64,000 nt of DNA from contig CAYRYU010000004.1 in the NCBI GenBank assembly GCA_964428355.1, positions 67,261 through 131,260 on the forward strand. Reading direction: 5' to 3'. Positions 45,915 to 54,628 of this stretch are shown here, in pieces (position 1 is the stretch's first letter; every line of letters starts with the position of its first letter). Made by a program: the position numbers and the translations under genes. The stretch is from an uncultured bacterium (GTDB taxonomy: Bacteria > Muiribacteriota > Ozemobacteria > Ozemobacterales > Ozemobacteraceae). Below the pieces are notes generated by a model. That model had not been told where the DNA came from and made no database searches. It worked only from the letters and a program-made list of their open reading frames with translations.

Positions 45915-48458
45915 TCAGCCTTTCCGCGGGAGTCGTTTCCCCCTGGTTTTGGGGTCCCGCGGGGCGGGCTTCGGGGGATCGTCGGTCTTTCCCAGACGGA
46001 TTCGCCGGATTGCCCGATCCAGGACCTTCCGGAACATCGAGTTTCCCGATTTGTCGAGAGTTTTCTTCAATGCCGGCAAGGAGGCGGGGTGGCCCGCTTC
46101 TCCAAGAACCTGGGCGGCAAGACATGCCACCCTCTCCGATTCGTCGTCGAGGAGCTTCTCAACCCGGCTCCGGATCCCGGGATCGTTCTTCCCGAGCAGC
46201 ATGAGCGTGGAGACCGCCCGTGCCTTCACCTGAACCGGAGTTCCGGGGGCAAGAAACCTGAGGAAGGCGGCGGGGTCACCTGTCACCTCAGCCATCGCAT
46301 CGACAGCCCTGGCCCTGAGCAGCTCGTTCCAGGAGGCTTCGCCCATGGCCTCCCCGATCGCGGGAAGGGCTGCCTGAGAGCCGGTTTTCGCAAGGGCGTG
46401 GAGTGCCTGGGCTCTGACGAAGAGGCTTGGATCCTTCCGGAAAGCCGTCTCGAAAACCGGGGCGAGTTCCGGACTTCGGAAATTGCCCAGGGAAAGGAAA
46501 ACCACGCGTCGGATCCGGGGATTCTTTTCCCGGCGAAGGTCCATCAGTTTCTGCATGGAGACGGACGCCGGCATCTCACCGAGGCTGGTCACCATCTCCA
46601 TTTTTGCCGCCCAGAAGGATTCCCGGCCGATCGCCTCGAGGATCGCCTCGGCGGCTTCGGGGGTCTTCCACTTCGCGATTTCCCGTGCGGCCTCGATCCT
46701 GAGGACGACATTCCGGTCGGACAGCTGCTCGACCCACCACTCCAATGGTTTCGCAAGATCGACCCTTTTGAGGAAAAGCCTGCTTTCGGGGTCCACGACC
46801 AGGTTCGTCGGAGGAGCGGGCAGTTCGAACTCGAACGCCTGTTCCGCCGCGGTCAGGTCGCATGTGAAGTTCCTCCTTCCCTGCTTTCCGTCAAAAGCAA
46901 TTTCGAGGGGCAGCTGGAAGAGGCCCTTCGGATCATCCTTAGCCTGCATCTGCGTGATCCAGACAGTGGCCTTTCTGTTGCGGGGGTTCCAATCCTGGTG
47001 GATCCGGAAAACCGGATGCCCCGGCCGGAAGATCCATTGGTCGAGAAGGGGCTCCAGGTTGAAGCCCGTTTTCTCCCAGAAAGCCCCGATGAGGTCGGTG
47101 GTTTCCACGGCCCCGTATCTGAACTTCTCGAGGTAATGACGGACGGATGCCCGCCAGGCTTCGTCACCCAGAAGAGAGCGGATGAAATGCAGTATGCATG
47201 CGCCCTTCGGATAGAGATGCCGGTCGAACAGCTGGAAAGACTCGCGCCAGACCCGGGTGACAATCGGTCTTCGGTATTCGTCCCGATCTTCGGCGAAGTA
47301 TGAGTCTGCGTAACTCATCATGTACCACCGGAAAAAATCGACACCCTTGTCGTGCCTCTGGAACAGGGCTTCGTAATAGGTGGCGAAGCTCTCGTTCAAC
47401 CAGGCGTGTGACCAGTCCTTGCAAGTGACGAGGTCTCCGAACCACTGGTGCGCCAGCTCGTGCGAAACCAGACCGTCGAAATCGATATCCTGGGCGGCAA
47501 CTTCGTCAATCAGGGCAAGGTCGGTCTGGGTGGTGACGGTGGTGTGTTCCATCCCACCCCCGAATTGTGATGCCGCCACCTGCGTGTAGTGTTCGTAAGG
47601 GTAGGGGACCCCGGTCTCCTCGTTGAAAAAGGCGACAGCTTTTGGAGTCTTGTTGAAAGCCCGCTTCGCGTCACCGAGACGACCCGGGGGGAAGTAGTAC
47701 AGGACGGGAGTTTCCCCCTTTTTGCATGGCTCGCGGAACTGCTCGAACCTTCCCACAACCACCGAAAAGAGATACATCGAGTGGGGATGGGCCATCGTCC
47801 ACTGGAAAAGATGCCGCTTGGTGGCGGGTTCCGGCTTTTCGTAATCCAGGGTCCCGTTGGAAATGGCTACGAAGCCTTCGGGAACGGAGAGCCTGACCCG
47901 GGCCGTGGCTTTTTCCGCCGGGACATCCCGGCACGGGAACCAGCAACGGGCGTCATCGGTCTGGCCTTGCGTCCATGCCTGGACCGGCCAGTCCGGATAC
48001 TCTTTCGTGGGCCTGATGAAATGCATTCCCGAATTGTCGGTTCCGCTGGAATACTCGAGTTCGATCGTGACCTGGTCGGGCGCGGAAAAAGCCCGGGGAA
48101 GTACCACCCGGACCTTCCTTCCGTCCGGATGGAACGAGGCTTTGACGAGCTTTCCGTCCCGCGGCCCGGCGGAGACCCTTCTGATCTTCAAACCCGAGGC
48201 ATCGAGGGAGATTTCCCGGACCTTCGGAGAGAGGATCCGGATCGTCAACCGGCATCTCCCGGAAAACCTCGCCTTTTCGGGGTCGACGGAGAGATCGAGC
48301 CCCACGTGGTCGATGTCGAACGGGGTATCCGGAAGGTACTTGGGTTTCGTGTCTGAACTGGCGAATTCGAGAGTCATGGCGTTTCTCCAGGGGTATAATG
48401 TCGTGCGGCCGCTGCCGCCACTGGAATCCTTCCCATGGAAAGGGAAGGGAAGAATCAC
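45915..48458 (-). CDS. pepN: M1-family zinc aminopeptidase (aminopeptidase N) with C-terminal HEAT/ARM-like repeats
   Basis: 847 aa. It carries the GGMEH (GAMEN-like) exopeptidase motif and HELAHQWFGDLVT...WLNESFATY (HExxH-x18-E). The C-terminus has HEAT-like repeats (RIRRVVFLSLGNF..., VRAQALHALAK...). Confidence 0.9.
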   Translation of the reverse strand: MILPFPFHGKDSSGGSGRTTLYPWRNAMTLEFASSDTKPKYLPDTPFDIDHVGLDLSVDPEKARFSGRCRLTIRILSPKVREISLDASGLKIRRVSAGPRDGKLVKASFHPDGRKVRVVLPRAFSAPDQVTIELEYSSGTDNSGMHFIRPTKEYPDWPVQAWTQGQTDDARCWFPCRDVPAEKATARVRLSVPEGFVAISNGTLDYEKPEPATKRHLFQWTMAHPHSMYLFSVVVGRFEQFREPCKKGETPVLYYFPPGRLGDAKRAFNKTPKAVAFFNEETGVPYPYEHYTQVAASQFGGGMEHTTVTTQTDLALIDEVAAQDIDFDGLVSHELAHQWFGDLVTCKDWSHAWLNESFATYYEALFQRHDKGVDFFRWYMMSYADSYFAEDRDEYRRPIVTRVWRESFQLFDRHLYPKGACILHFIRSLLGDEAWRASVRHYLEKFRYGAVETTDLIGAFWEKTGFNLEPLLDQWIFRPGHPVFRIHQDWNPRNRKATVWITQMQAKDDPKGLFQLPLEIAFDGKQGRRNFTCDLTAAEQAFEFELPAPPTNLVVDPESRLFLKRVDLAKPLEWWVEQLSDRNVVLRIEAAREIAKWKTPEAAEAILEAIGRESFWAAKMEMVTSLGEMPASVSMQKLMDLRREKNPRIRRVVFLSLGNFRSPELAPVFETAFRKDPSLFVRAQALHALAKTGSQAALPAIGEAMGEASWNELLRARAVDAMAEVTGDPAAFLRFLAPGTPVQVKARAVSTLMLLGKNDPGIRSRVEKLLDDESERVACLAAQVLGEAGHPASLPALKKTLDKSGNSMFRKVLDRAIRRIRLGKTDDPPKPAPRDPKTRGKRLPRKG

Positions 48459-48468
48459 TCGGAAACCT

Positions 48469-50403
48469 TCAGGGAAACCGGACTACCGAACCCACCTCGA
48501 AAACGTGCCGTTCTCGGGGGACACCGGTCCGATAGAGGACTTCTCCCTCGCCGAGGCTCCGGTACCCGATGTTACGGTCGAAAAGGAACGAGTCCCGGTA
48601 GACCAGAAGGAGTCCGCTGAGGAATACCTTGGAGGGGTCTTGGGGCATGGGTTTGTCCCTGAATGAGTCAAAGATCATCGCCCGCCGGGGAATGGATACG
48701 AGGTTTACGCGGCAGGCAGATTCTACCAGGAAATCGGAATCACAGTCATCAAGAAAATGAACGAGTTCCTCGTTCCTGGGCCCCGAGACCGGAACGAAGG
48801 TTTCGAGACAGAGGGAGGCGATCTCGTCCCTGAAACAGGGGATCCCTGCTGCGGTCGAGGGGCCGAGAGTCTTGTCGGGGAGGCTTGTCGCTACGTCCTC
48901 CTTGGGTTTGATGTAGAGCGACGAGAAGGGAAGGGAGGTGTCGAAATACTCCTGGGGTGACTCCCAATGCCTGACTATCCGTCGGGGCTTGGATGGAAGG
49001 ACGAGAGGCGGGATCGGTTGCCGCGCGGAGAATTCCCGCTTCGTGAAATCGATCGTTCCCTTCTTGATCACTACGTGGCCTGGAGGCTTCAGCCAGTAAT
49101 CGAGAAAGGAGCGGTTTCCGGTCCATTGGACGCGCAGGGGAAGGAGGATCCGTTCCAGGGAAACCCGGTGGTCGAGATGGTCCGGATACCTGTAGAACTT
49201 GAGGAAAAACGAGTAGAACTCCTCGGATTCCCGGGAAGGGAGAGAGAAACCGAGAGCGCGGATCCCGGAAAGTTTGATGTTGTCGATATCCGGTTTGAAA
49301 TCGGGGAAGAGGCCCAGGGACGAGGGATAGTTCCGACCGTATTTCTCCATGACCATCTCGTCGGAACGAAAGAACCCGAGGTGGAACTTCATCTCCTCGT
49401 CGACCCGCCAGTCGCTTCCGCGGGACATCCAAGCGCCGGTCTCGACGTCGTCCAGTATCCGGCCGTTGTACCCGCCGAAAAGGAAAAGTGTCCCATGGAA
49501 GTTGGCCAGCCTTGTTCCATCCCTGCCCTGATGAAGAATACCCGCGGATCTCCAGGCCGTGTCTCCCGGGCGGAAGGTCTCGACCGTCTTGTGGAAGGTC
49601 GTCGTTCCCATTCTTCTGTCCCAACCGCCTGCAACGACGAGCCTCGTTCCGAGGCGCGCCACGGCGAAATTCTTCCGGGGTGTGATCAGGGAGGGACCTT
49701 CCTTCCAGGAGTCCCTTTCGGGAACGTATTCCCAGACGTTGGGGACCGTCCTGCCATACTGGTTTTCTCCTCCGAGGACGAAGAGAGAGCCACCGCAGAG
49801 AGCGGCCGAGTTTCTGGAAAGCGGGAAAGGAAGGGGTTTTCTGGAATCCCATTTGCCCGTGCGGGGATCGAAAACGTCGACCGAGTTAACCGCCGGGAAC
49901 TTCGGTGACTCGCCTCCGATGAAATACAGCTTCCTTGCGAAAACGGCGAAACCGAATCGGGCGCGCTCGAAAGGCATGTGACCATGGTTCTGCCACTCCC
50001 GCTTGACGGGGTCGAACGACTCGATCGCGCTAACGAAGTAGGGCTTGCCGTTCCTGTCCGCCTTTCCACCGAAAAGGTAGATCCGGTCATGGATGACCGC
50101 GGCGGAGTGGCCGAACCTGGGGTGGGGGAGGCGGGGGAGAAAAGTCCATTCCCGGAGAAAAGGGTCGAACATGAGGGCGGTCGAGGACGCCCCTTTTTCA
50201 TCGTTTCCCCCGAAAAGAAAGATCCTGTCCTTGTAGGCAACTACGGCAGGGTTGCTGAGAGCAACGGGCATCTTCCCGGCCCTTTCCCATTCGAGGGGAT
50301 CCAACTGGCCGGTTTCGGCGGCGAAAGTGGTGGAAAACAACGTCAGGAGCGCAAAACCAATGACCGCTCCCCGCAATGCGGTCACGTAAAAGATTCGTTT
50401 CAT
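48469..50403 (-). CDS. Secreted Kelch-repeat protein with a C-terminal domain of unknown function
   Basis: It has a signal peptide and repeated Kelch signatures (DRIFLFGGNDEKG, DRIYLFGGKADRNG, KLYFIGGESP, SLFVLGGENQYG, RLVVAGGWD, TLFLFGGYNG). Confidence 0.7.
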   Translation of the reverse strand: MKRIFYVTALRGAVIGFALLTLFSTTFAAETGQLDPLEWERAGKMPVALSNPAVVAYKDRIFLFGGNDEKGASSTALMFDPFLREWTFLPRLPHPRFGHSAAVIHDRIYLFGGKADRNGKPYFVSAIESFDPVKREWQNHGHMPFERARFGFAVFARKLYFIGGESPKFPAVNSVDVFDPRTGKWDSRKPLPFPLSRNSAALCGGSLFVLGGENQYGRTVPNVWEYVPERDSWKEGPSLITPRKNFAVARLGTRLVVAGGWDRRMGTTTFHKTVETFRPGDTAWRSAGILHQGRDGTRLANFHGTLFLFGGYNGRILDDVETGAWMSRGSDWRVDEEMKFHLGFFRSDEMVMEKYGRNYPSSLGLFPDFKPDIDNIKLSGIRALGFSLPSRESEEFYSFFLKFYRYPDHLDHRVSLERILLPLRVQWTGNRSFLDYWLKPPGHVVIKKGTIDFTKREFSARQPIPPLVLPSKPRRIVRHWESPQEYFDTSLPFSSLYIKPKEDVATSLPDKTLGPSTAAGIPCFRDEIASLCLETFVPVSGPRNEELVHFLDDCDSDFLVESACRVNLVSIPRRAMIFDSFRDKPMPQDPSKVFLSGLLLVYRDSFLFDRNIGYRSLGEGEVLYRTGVPRERHVFEVGSVVRFP

Positions 50404-50579
50404 GCCTCGAGATCCCCCTTTCAGGACTCTGTGGTCGGAGTGGGCTTATCCGGATTCCGCGTTATTCTATGACAAATTGCGCCGGATGGAAATCTTTGAT
50501 ATGTTCGGAAGCTGGGCGTCCTTCTGTGACCCTCGTGAGAGGAGCGGGGGCGTGATTTTCGAGCTGCGGGGGAAACCGA

Positions 50580-50888
50580 ATGCTGGTCGTTCATGTCCAT
50601 GTGAAGGTCAAGTCAGAGTTCATCGAGGCTTTCAAGGAAGCCACGGCGGAAAACGCAAGGAATAGCGTCAGGGAGCCGGGAATTGCCAGATTCGACGTGG
50701 TCCAGGGAACCGAGGATCCATCCCGTTTCGTTCTCGTTGAGGCATACAGGACCCCTCAAGCCCCAGCGGCACACAAGGAAACCCCCCATTACCAGAAGTG
50801 GAAGGATAGCGTGGCGGGGATGATGGCGGAGCCGCGGTCCAGCGTCAAGTTCCGGAACATCTTTCCGGATGACACCGGTTGGGGCTGA
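50580..50888 (+). CDS. Antibiotic-biosynthesis-monooxygenase (ABM) domain protein
   Basis: 102 aa. [21 protein letters not shown]...[26 protein letters not shown] fits the YgiN/ActVA-Orf6 dimeric alpha+beta-barrel pattern. Confidence 0.7.
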   Translation: MLVVHVHVKVKSEFIEAFKEATAENARNSVREPGIARFDVVQGTEDPSRFVLVEAYRTPQAPAAHKETPHYQKWKDSVAGMMAEPRSSVKFRNIFPDDTGWG

Positions 50889-52045
50889 GCGTGCGTTTCG
50901 AGTTTTCGACCGCCCGGAAGATCATTTTCGGGGAAAAGACCTCGCGGCAATTGGGGACCCTTGCCCGCCACTTCGGCGAGCGGGCGATGGTCGTACACGG
51001 TGCGAAACCTGACCGCCTGGCCGGGGTCTTGAAGGAGATTGCGTCTTCGGGGATTTCCCTTTCCTCCTTCCCGGTTTCGGGGGAACCGACCGTGGAGGTT
51101 GTTGGCGAAGGAATCGCGCGTGCGAAGCGGGAGAAGAGCTCCTTCCTCATTGCGATCGGCGGGGGAAGCGTTATCGACGCCGGCAAGGCGATTGCCGCCC
51201 TTCTGCAAAACGACGGGCCGGTCGTGGATTTCCTGGAGGTCATCGGGAAGGGGCGACCTCTGGTGAACTCCCCCGTTCCTTTCATCGCCGTTCCGACCAC
51301 ATCCGGAACGGGCTCCGAGGTAACGAAGAACGCTGTCCTTTTCTCCCCCCAACACCAGGTGAAGGTTTCCTTGCGCGGCTCATCGATGTTTCCCACCCTG
51401 GCAGTGGTGGATCCGGAATTGACCTACTCCCTTCCACTCCTCGAGACGGCTTCGACGGGCCTCGATGCCCTGACACAGGTGGTGGAACCTTTCCTTTCCT
51501 CCCGTTCAAATCCTCTTGTGGACTCGATCTGCCGGGAGGGCATGCGGCGGATCGGCGGGTCTCTCCTTCAGGCTTGTGAAAAGGGTTCCGATGAAGCTGC
51601 CCGCCGTGACATGTCGATGGGAAGCTTGTGTGGGGGCATCGCCCTGTCCAATGCGGGTTTGGGCGCTGTCCATGGGTTTGCGGCCCCGCTTGGAGGGACG
51701 TTCGGCGCTCCCCATGGGGTTCTGTGCGCCCGCCTGCTTCCGGAAGTCCTGTTGGTCAACCGGCGGGCTCTCCGCGAAAGGCACGCAAAAAGCGATTCAG
51801 CAGTGAAGATCGACCAGCTCGGGATTCTGTTGACCGGGGAACCCCGGGCAGGTCTTGAAGATGCCGTGCGGTGGATCCGTGATGTCATCGACCAGGCCGG
51901 GATCCCATCCCTGAGCAGGTTCGGGGTATCCCCCTCAGATTTTCCGACGATCATCGAGAAAGCCAACGCTTCTTCGAGCATGAAGGGGAATCCACTGCAT
52001 CTTTCAAATGAGGAGATGGTGGAAATCCTATCCCTGTCGCTTTGA
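50879..52045 (+). CDS. Iron-containing (group III) alcohol dehydrogenase
   Basis: 388 aa with the [15 protein letters not shown] (GGGS) motif, [10 protein letters not shown] and [15 protein letters not shown] His-rich metal-site motifs. It overlaps the ABM gene by 10 bp. Confidence 0.85.
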   Translation: MGLSVRFEFSTARKIIFGEKTSRQLGTLARHFGERAMVVHGAKPDRLAGVLKEIASSGISLSSFPVSGEPTVEVVGEGIARAKREKSSFLIAIGGGSVIDAGKAIAALLQNDGPVVDFLEVIGKGRPLVNSPVPFIAVPTTSGTGSEVTKNAVLFSPQHQVKVSLRGSSMFPTLAVVDPELTYSLPLLETASTGLDALTQVVEPFLSSRSNPLVDSICREGMRRIGGSLLQACEKGSDEAARRDMSMGSLCGGIALSNAGLGAVHGFAAPLGGTFGAPHGVLCARLLPEVLLVNRRALRERHAKSDSAVKIDQLGILLTGEPRAGLEDAVRWIRDVIDQAGIPSLSRFGVSPSDFPTIIEKANASSSMKGNPLHLSNEEMVEILSLSL

Positions 52046-52098
52046 TTTTCCGGGGGCACCGGATTGGCGAGGGGCCGAATTTCCCAGGAGCAGAATGA

Positions 52099-52668
52099 AT
52101 GGAGACGAACGATTTCAAGATTCGGACTTTTCTTAACTCGCTGGGTTACCTTGTTGAACAGTTCAAGGCCAGCAAGCTTCCACCCGAAGCCCAGACGACG
52201 CTGGGTCTCCTGGAGAAGGAGATCGCGAAGTTCGGAGAGGATATCCAGGCCAAAAGCCATGCCAGGTCGCATTCCGGGGGAAACTACACCGCCGGTCGGA
52301 TCAAGAACGTCCTGGTGGTCGACGACAACGACATAAATCTTCTGGTACTAAAGGCTATTCTTGACAACCTCGGTATTGAAACGCAGTCCGCGACGACGGC
52401 AAAGCAGGTTCTCCAGATCATGAGGTCGGGAAAGACCTTCGACTGTTTCTTCCTTGACCTGCAAATGCCCGAAATGGACGGATTCGACCTTGCCCAACGG
52501 CTGAAGCTTCTTCCCGAGGTCAGTCGGACCCCCATGGTCGCCGTAACTGCCCTGACGGGGGAGGAAATCGAAGCCAGGGTCAGGGCCGTCGGTTTCGATC
52601 TCATGATAACCAAGCCCATCAGCAAGGCCGCCATCCTCGCCGCCCTGAGCACCATCTCCGAATCGTAG
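52099..52668 (+). CDS. Response regulator receiver-domain protein (stand-alone REC with an N-terminal roughly 65-aa helix)
   Basis: KNVLVVDDNDINLLVLKAIL...DCFFLDLQMPEMDGFDL...VTALT carries the phosphoacceptor Asp and conserved Lys context. Confidence 0.75.
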   Translation: METNDFKIRTFLNSLGYLVEQFKASKLPPEAQTTLGLLEKEIAKFGEDIQAKSHARSHSGGNYTAGRIKNVLVVDDNDINLLVLKAILDNLGIETQSATTAKQVLQIMRSGKTFDCFFLDLQMPEMDGFDLAQRLKLLPEVSRTPMVAVTALTGEEIEARVRAVGFDLMITKPISKAAILAALSTISES

Positions 52669-52687
52669 AAAACGGGGGCACAAAAAA

Positions 52688-52757
52688 GGGGACATTAAAA
52701 AGGGGACATGAGAATCTTTTCGAAGAAAAGATTCTCATGTCCCCCTTTTAATGTCCT
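52688..52757. repeat. Nearly perfect 32-bp-arm inverted repeat of the AAAAAGGGGACATGAGAAT element between convergent genes; a likely bidirectional terminator or protein-binding element
   Basis: GGACATTAAAAAGGGGACATGAGAATCTTTTC, then gaa, then GAAAAGATTCTCATGTCCCCCTTTTAATGTCC. This is an AT-rich island in GC-rich DNA that shares its core with 32138-32156. Confidence 0.6.
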
Positions 52758-52772
52758 TAACTCCTTCTTGAT

Positions 52773-54566
52773 TCAGAGGGTTTGGGGGGCGGAGGAGGTC
52801 AGGCGGGCTGTCCGGTTTTCGCCCGGGAGCCATTCGACCTTTTCTCCGGCCTTCCGCAAGAACTTGTACTCGAAGGGAATGAAACGGGGAAGGTCAAGGG
52901 TCGTGCTGAAAAGGCCTCCTCCTAGGTCTTTCATGGGGGGAGGGACCCTCGCGGGGTCCCAGTCTCCGAGGCTGGGCAGGCCTCCAACCACGTGGACGGT
53001 TTCCCCTTCCGTCACATCGGGAATCCGGACCTGGAATGTCACGCGCGTCGTTCCGAACGCGTCCGGAAACTGATGAAAGGCGACCAGGTCGTCCACGAAA
53101 TCTGAATACCCGGGTGTTGGGGCGGGGGCGTCATACAACAGGAAGCCTTTGCCTGGGACCCTGCAAAGGAGTTTTCCCCCCTTGACCGATGCATGGTTTC
53201 CTGTGAAATGGTCTTGCAGCGTGGTCCCTTCTGATAGAGGGGCGAAAAGGGGTATCTCGAGATCGAGGGCCGCCGTCGCAGTATTGAAAACCACGATTGC
53301 CTGCCGGTCATCGAGCAGCCGACAGAAGGAAAAAGTCGAGGGGGAGATGTCGAGCGTGAACTGGTAGCCGTCCCGAAGGGCAGGAAGGGATTTCCGAAGG
53401 GCTATGAGTTTGCGCGTGAATTCCCTCAGTTCAGGGTTCAGGTCGAAGTCCATCGAGCGTCGGTTCATGGGTTCGGGGTCCTGGGCTCCGGGGAGCCCTA
53501 CCTCATCGCCATAGCAAAGGACGGGAATCCCCCGTGCGGTGAAAATCAGGGCCAGGGCCGCCCGATACCGGTCGAGGTCCCCATGGCAACTTGTGACGAA
53601 CCGGTCGAGGTCGTGGTTGTCGAGGAATGTCGCCAGCCGGTTGGGGTCGGTGTAACCGCGGTCGGCGGCGAATCTCACCCCCAGCTTGCGCGCATCCCCA
53701 CCGCGTGCGAAGACGTCGAGAAGTGTGTAATAGAGCGGGAAATCGAACAGGCTGGAAAACCGCCCCTCCTTGAGGACCCTGGAAATGGTTTTGGGGTCTC
53801 CGTCAAGCATCTCTCCCAGAAGGAAGAAGCCGGGCCCCCATCTTTTCCTGACATGGGTGTTGAAGTCCTTCCAGAAGGCAATCGGAACATGCTTGACGGC
53901 ATCGAGACGGAACCCGTCGAACCCGATGGCCCCCTGCCAGTGGTCCGCCACGCTTCTGAAGAAAAACTGGACCGCGGGCTTCTCCGAAGCGAAATCGGGA
54001 AGCCCGTAGATCCGGTACGATTCGAGCTGATTCCGGTCACTCCAGTCGGTGATGTTGCCGTTGTCATGAAAAAGTGCCGGGAACAGCTCAGGAAGCGGGG
54101 CATCGTAACCGGCATGGTTGACAACGAAGTCTAGGAAAACCTTGATCCCCCGCTTGTGGGCTTCGGCGACAAGCGAGCGAAGCTTCTCGGGGTTTCCGAA
54201 CCGAGGGTCGACCGAAAAGAAATCCCAGACCCAGTAGCCGTGGTAGGGTTGATGATGATAGAACCGCGTCGGCCGGTTCCGGAAAACAGGACTGATCCAG
54301 AGGGCGGTGATGCCAAGATCCCTGAGATAATCGAGCTTTCCGATGACTCCCGAAAGGTCACCGCCGTGGAAACCCCGCGGATCCTTGGGGTTGGTATCGA
54401 AATCGTTCAGTGGGTCACCGTTGGAGAACCGGTCGAGGAGGATGAAATAGATCACCTCCCCCCGTGTTCCCGGCTGGAAATTCCCGGTGCCGGCGTTCAG
54501 GCCGCTTGTCAGGGAAAGAACCCAAATGGCAAGGCCCAGAAAGATCGACCGACGAAGGTTCTGCAT
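52773..54566 (-). CDS. Secreted GH13 alpha-amylase-family glycoside hydrolase with a C-terminal CBM20 starch-binding domain
   Basis: It carries GFRLDAVKHV and FLDNHD catalytic regions. CBM20 reads TFQVRIPDVTEGETVHVVGGLPSLGDWDP...FEYKF. The start is set at ATG 54566 (MQNLRRSIFLGLAIWVLSLTSG signal peptide, AGGAGG RBS); the longest ORF would start at 54704. Confidence 0.85.
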   Translation of the reverse strand: MQNLRRSIFLGLAIWVLSLTSGLNAGTGNFQPGTRGEVIYFILLDRFSNGDPLNDFDTNPKDPRGFHGGDLSGVIGKLDYLRDLGITALWISPVFRNRPTRFYHHQPYHGYWVWDFFSVDPRFGNPEKLRSLVAEAHKRGIKVFLDFVVNHAGYDAPLPELFPALFHDNGNITDWSDRNQLESYRIYGLPDFASEKPAVQFFFRSVADHWQGAIGFDGFRLDAVKHVPIAFWKDFNTHVRKRWGPGFFLLGEMLDGDPKTISRVLKEGRFSSLFDFPLYYTLLDVFARGGDARKLGVRFAADRGYTDPNRLATFLDNHDLDRFVTSCHGDLDRYRAALALIFTARGIPVLCYGDEVGLPGAQDPEPMNRRSMDFDLNPELREFTRKLIALRKSLPALRDGYQFTLDISPSTFSFCRLLDDRQAIVVFNTATAALDLEIPLFAPLSEGTTLQDHFTGNHASVKGGKLLCRVPGKGFLLYDAPAPTPGYSDFVDDLVAFHQFPDAFGTTRVTFQVRIPDVTEGETVHVVGGLPSLGDWDPARVPPPMKDLGGGLFSTTLDLPRFIPFEYKFLRKAGEKVEWLPGENRTARLTSSAPQTL

Positions 54567-54628
54567 CTGCCCTCCTGTTTCCCGGTGCTTTCGAAAGGTG
54601 ATCCGGGCTTGTGCTATGATACCGTTTG

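Noticed and set aside
46089-47303. 404-aa plus-strand ORF (and 47589-48356, 47857-48666)
   Set aside because: These are antisense to the M1 aminopeptidase, which has the HExxH...E and GxMEN motifs.
50402-50665. 87-aa ORF upstream of and overlapping the ABM gene
   Set aside because: It overlaps the ABM start in another frame and has no motif. It was considered as a possible leader peptide but has no supporting RBS.
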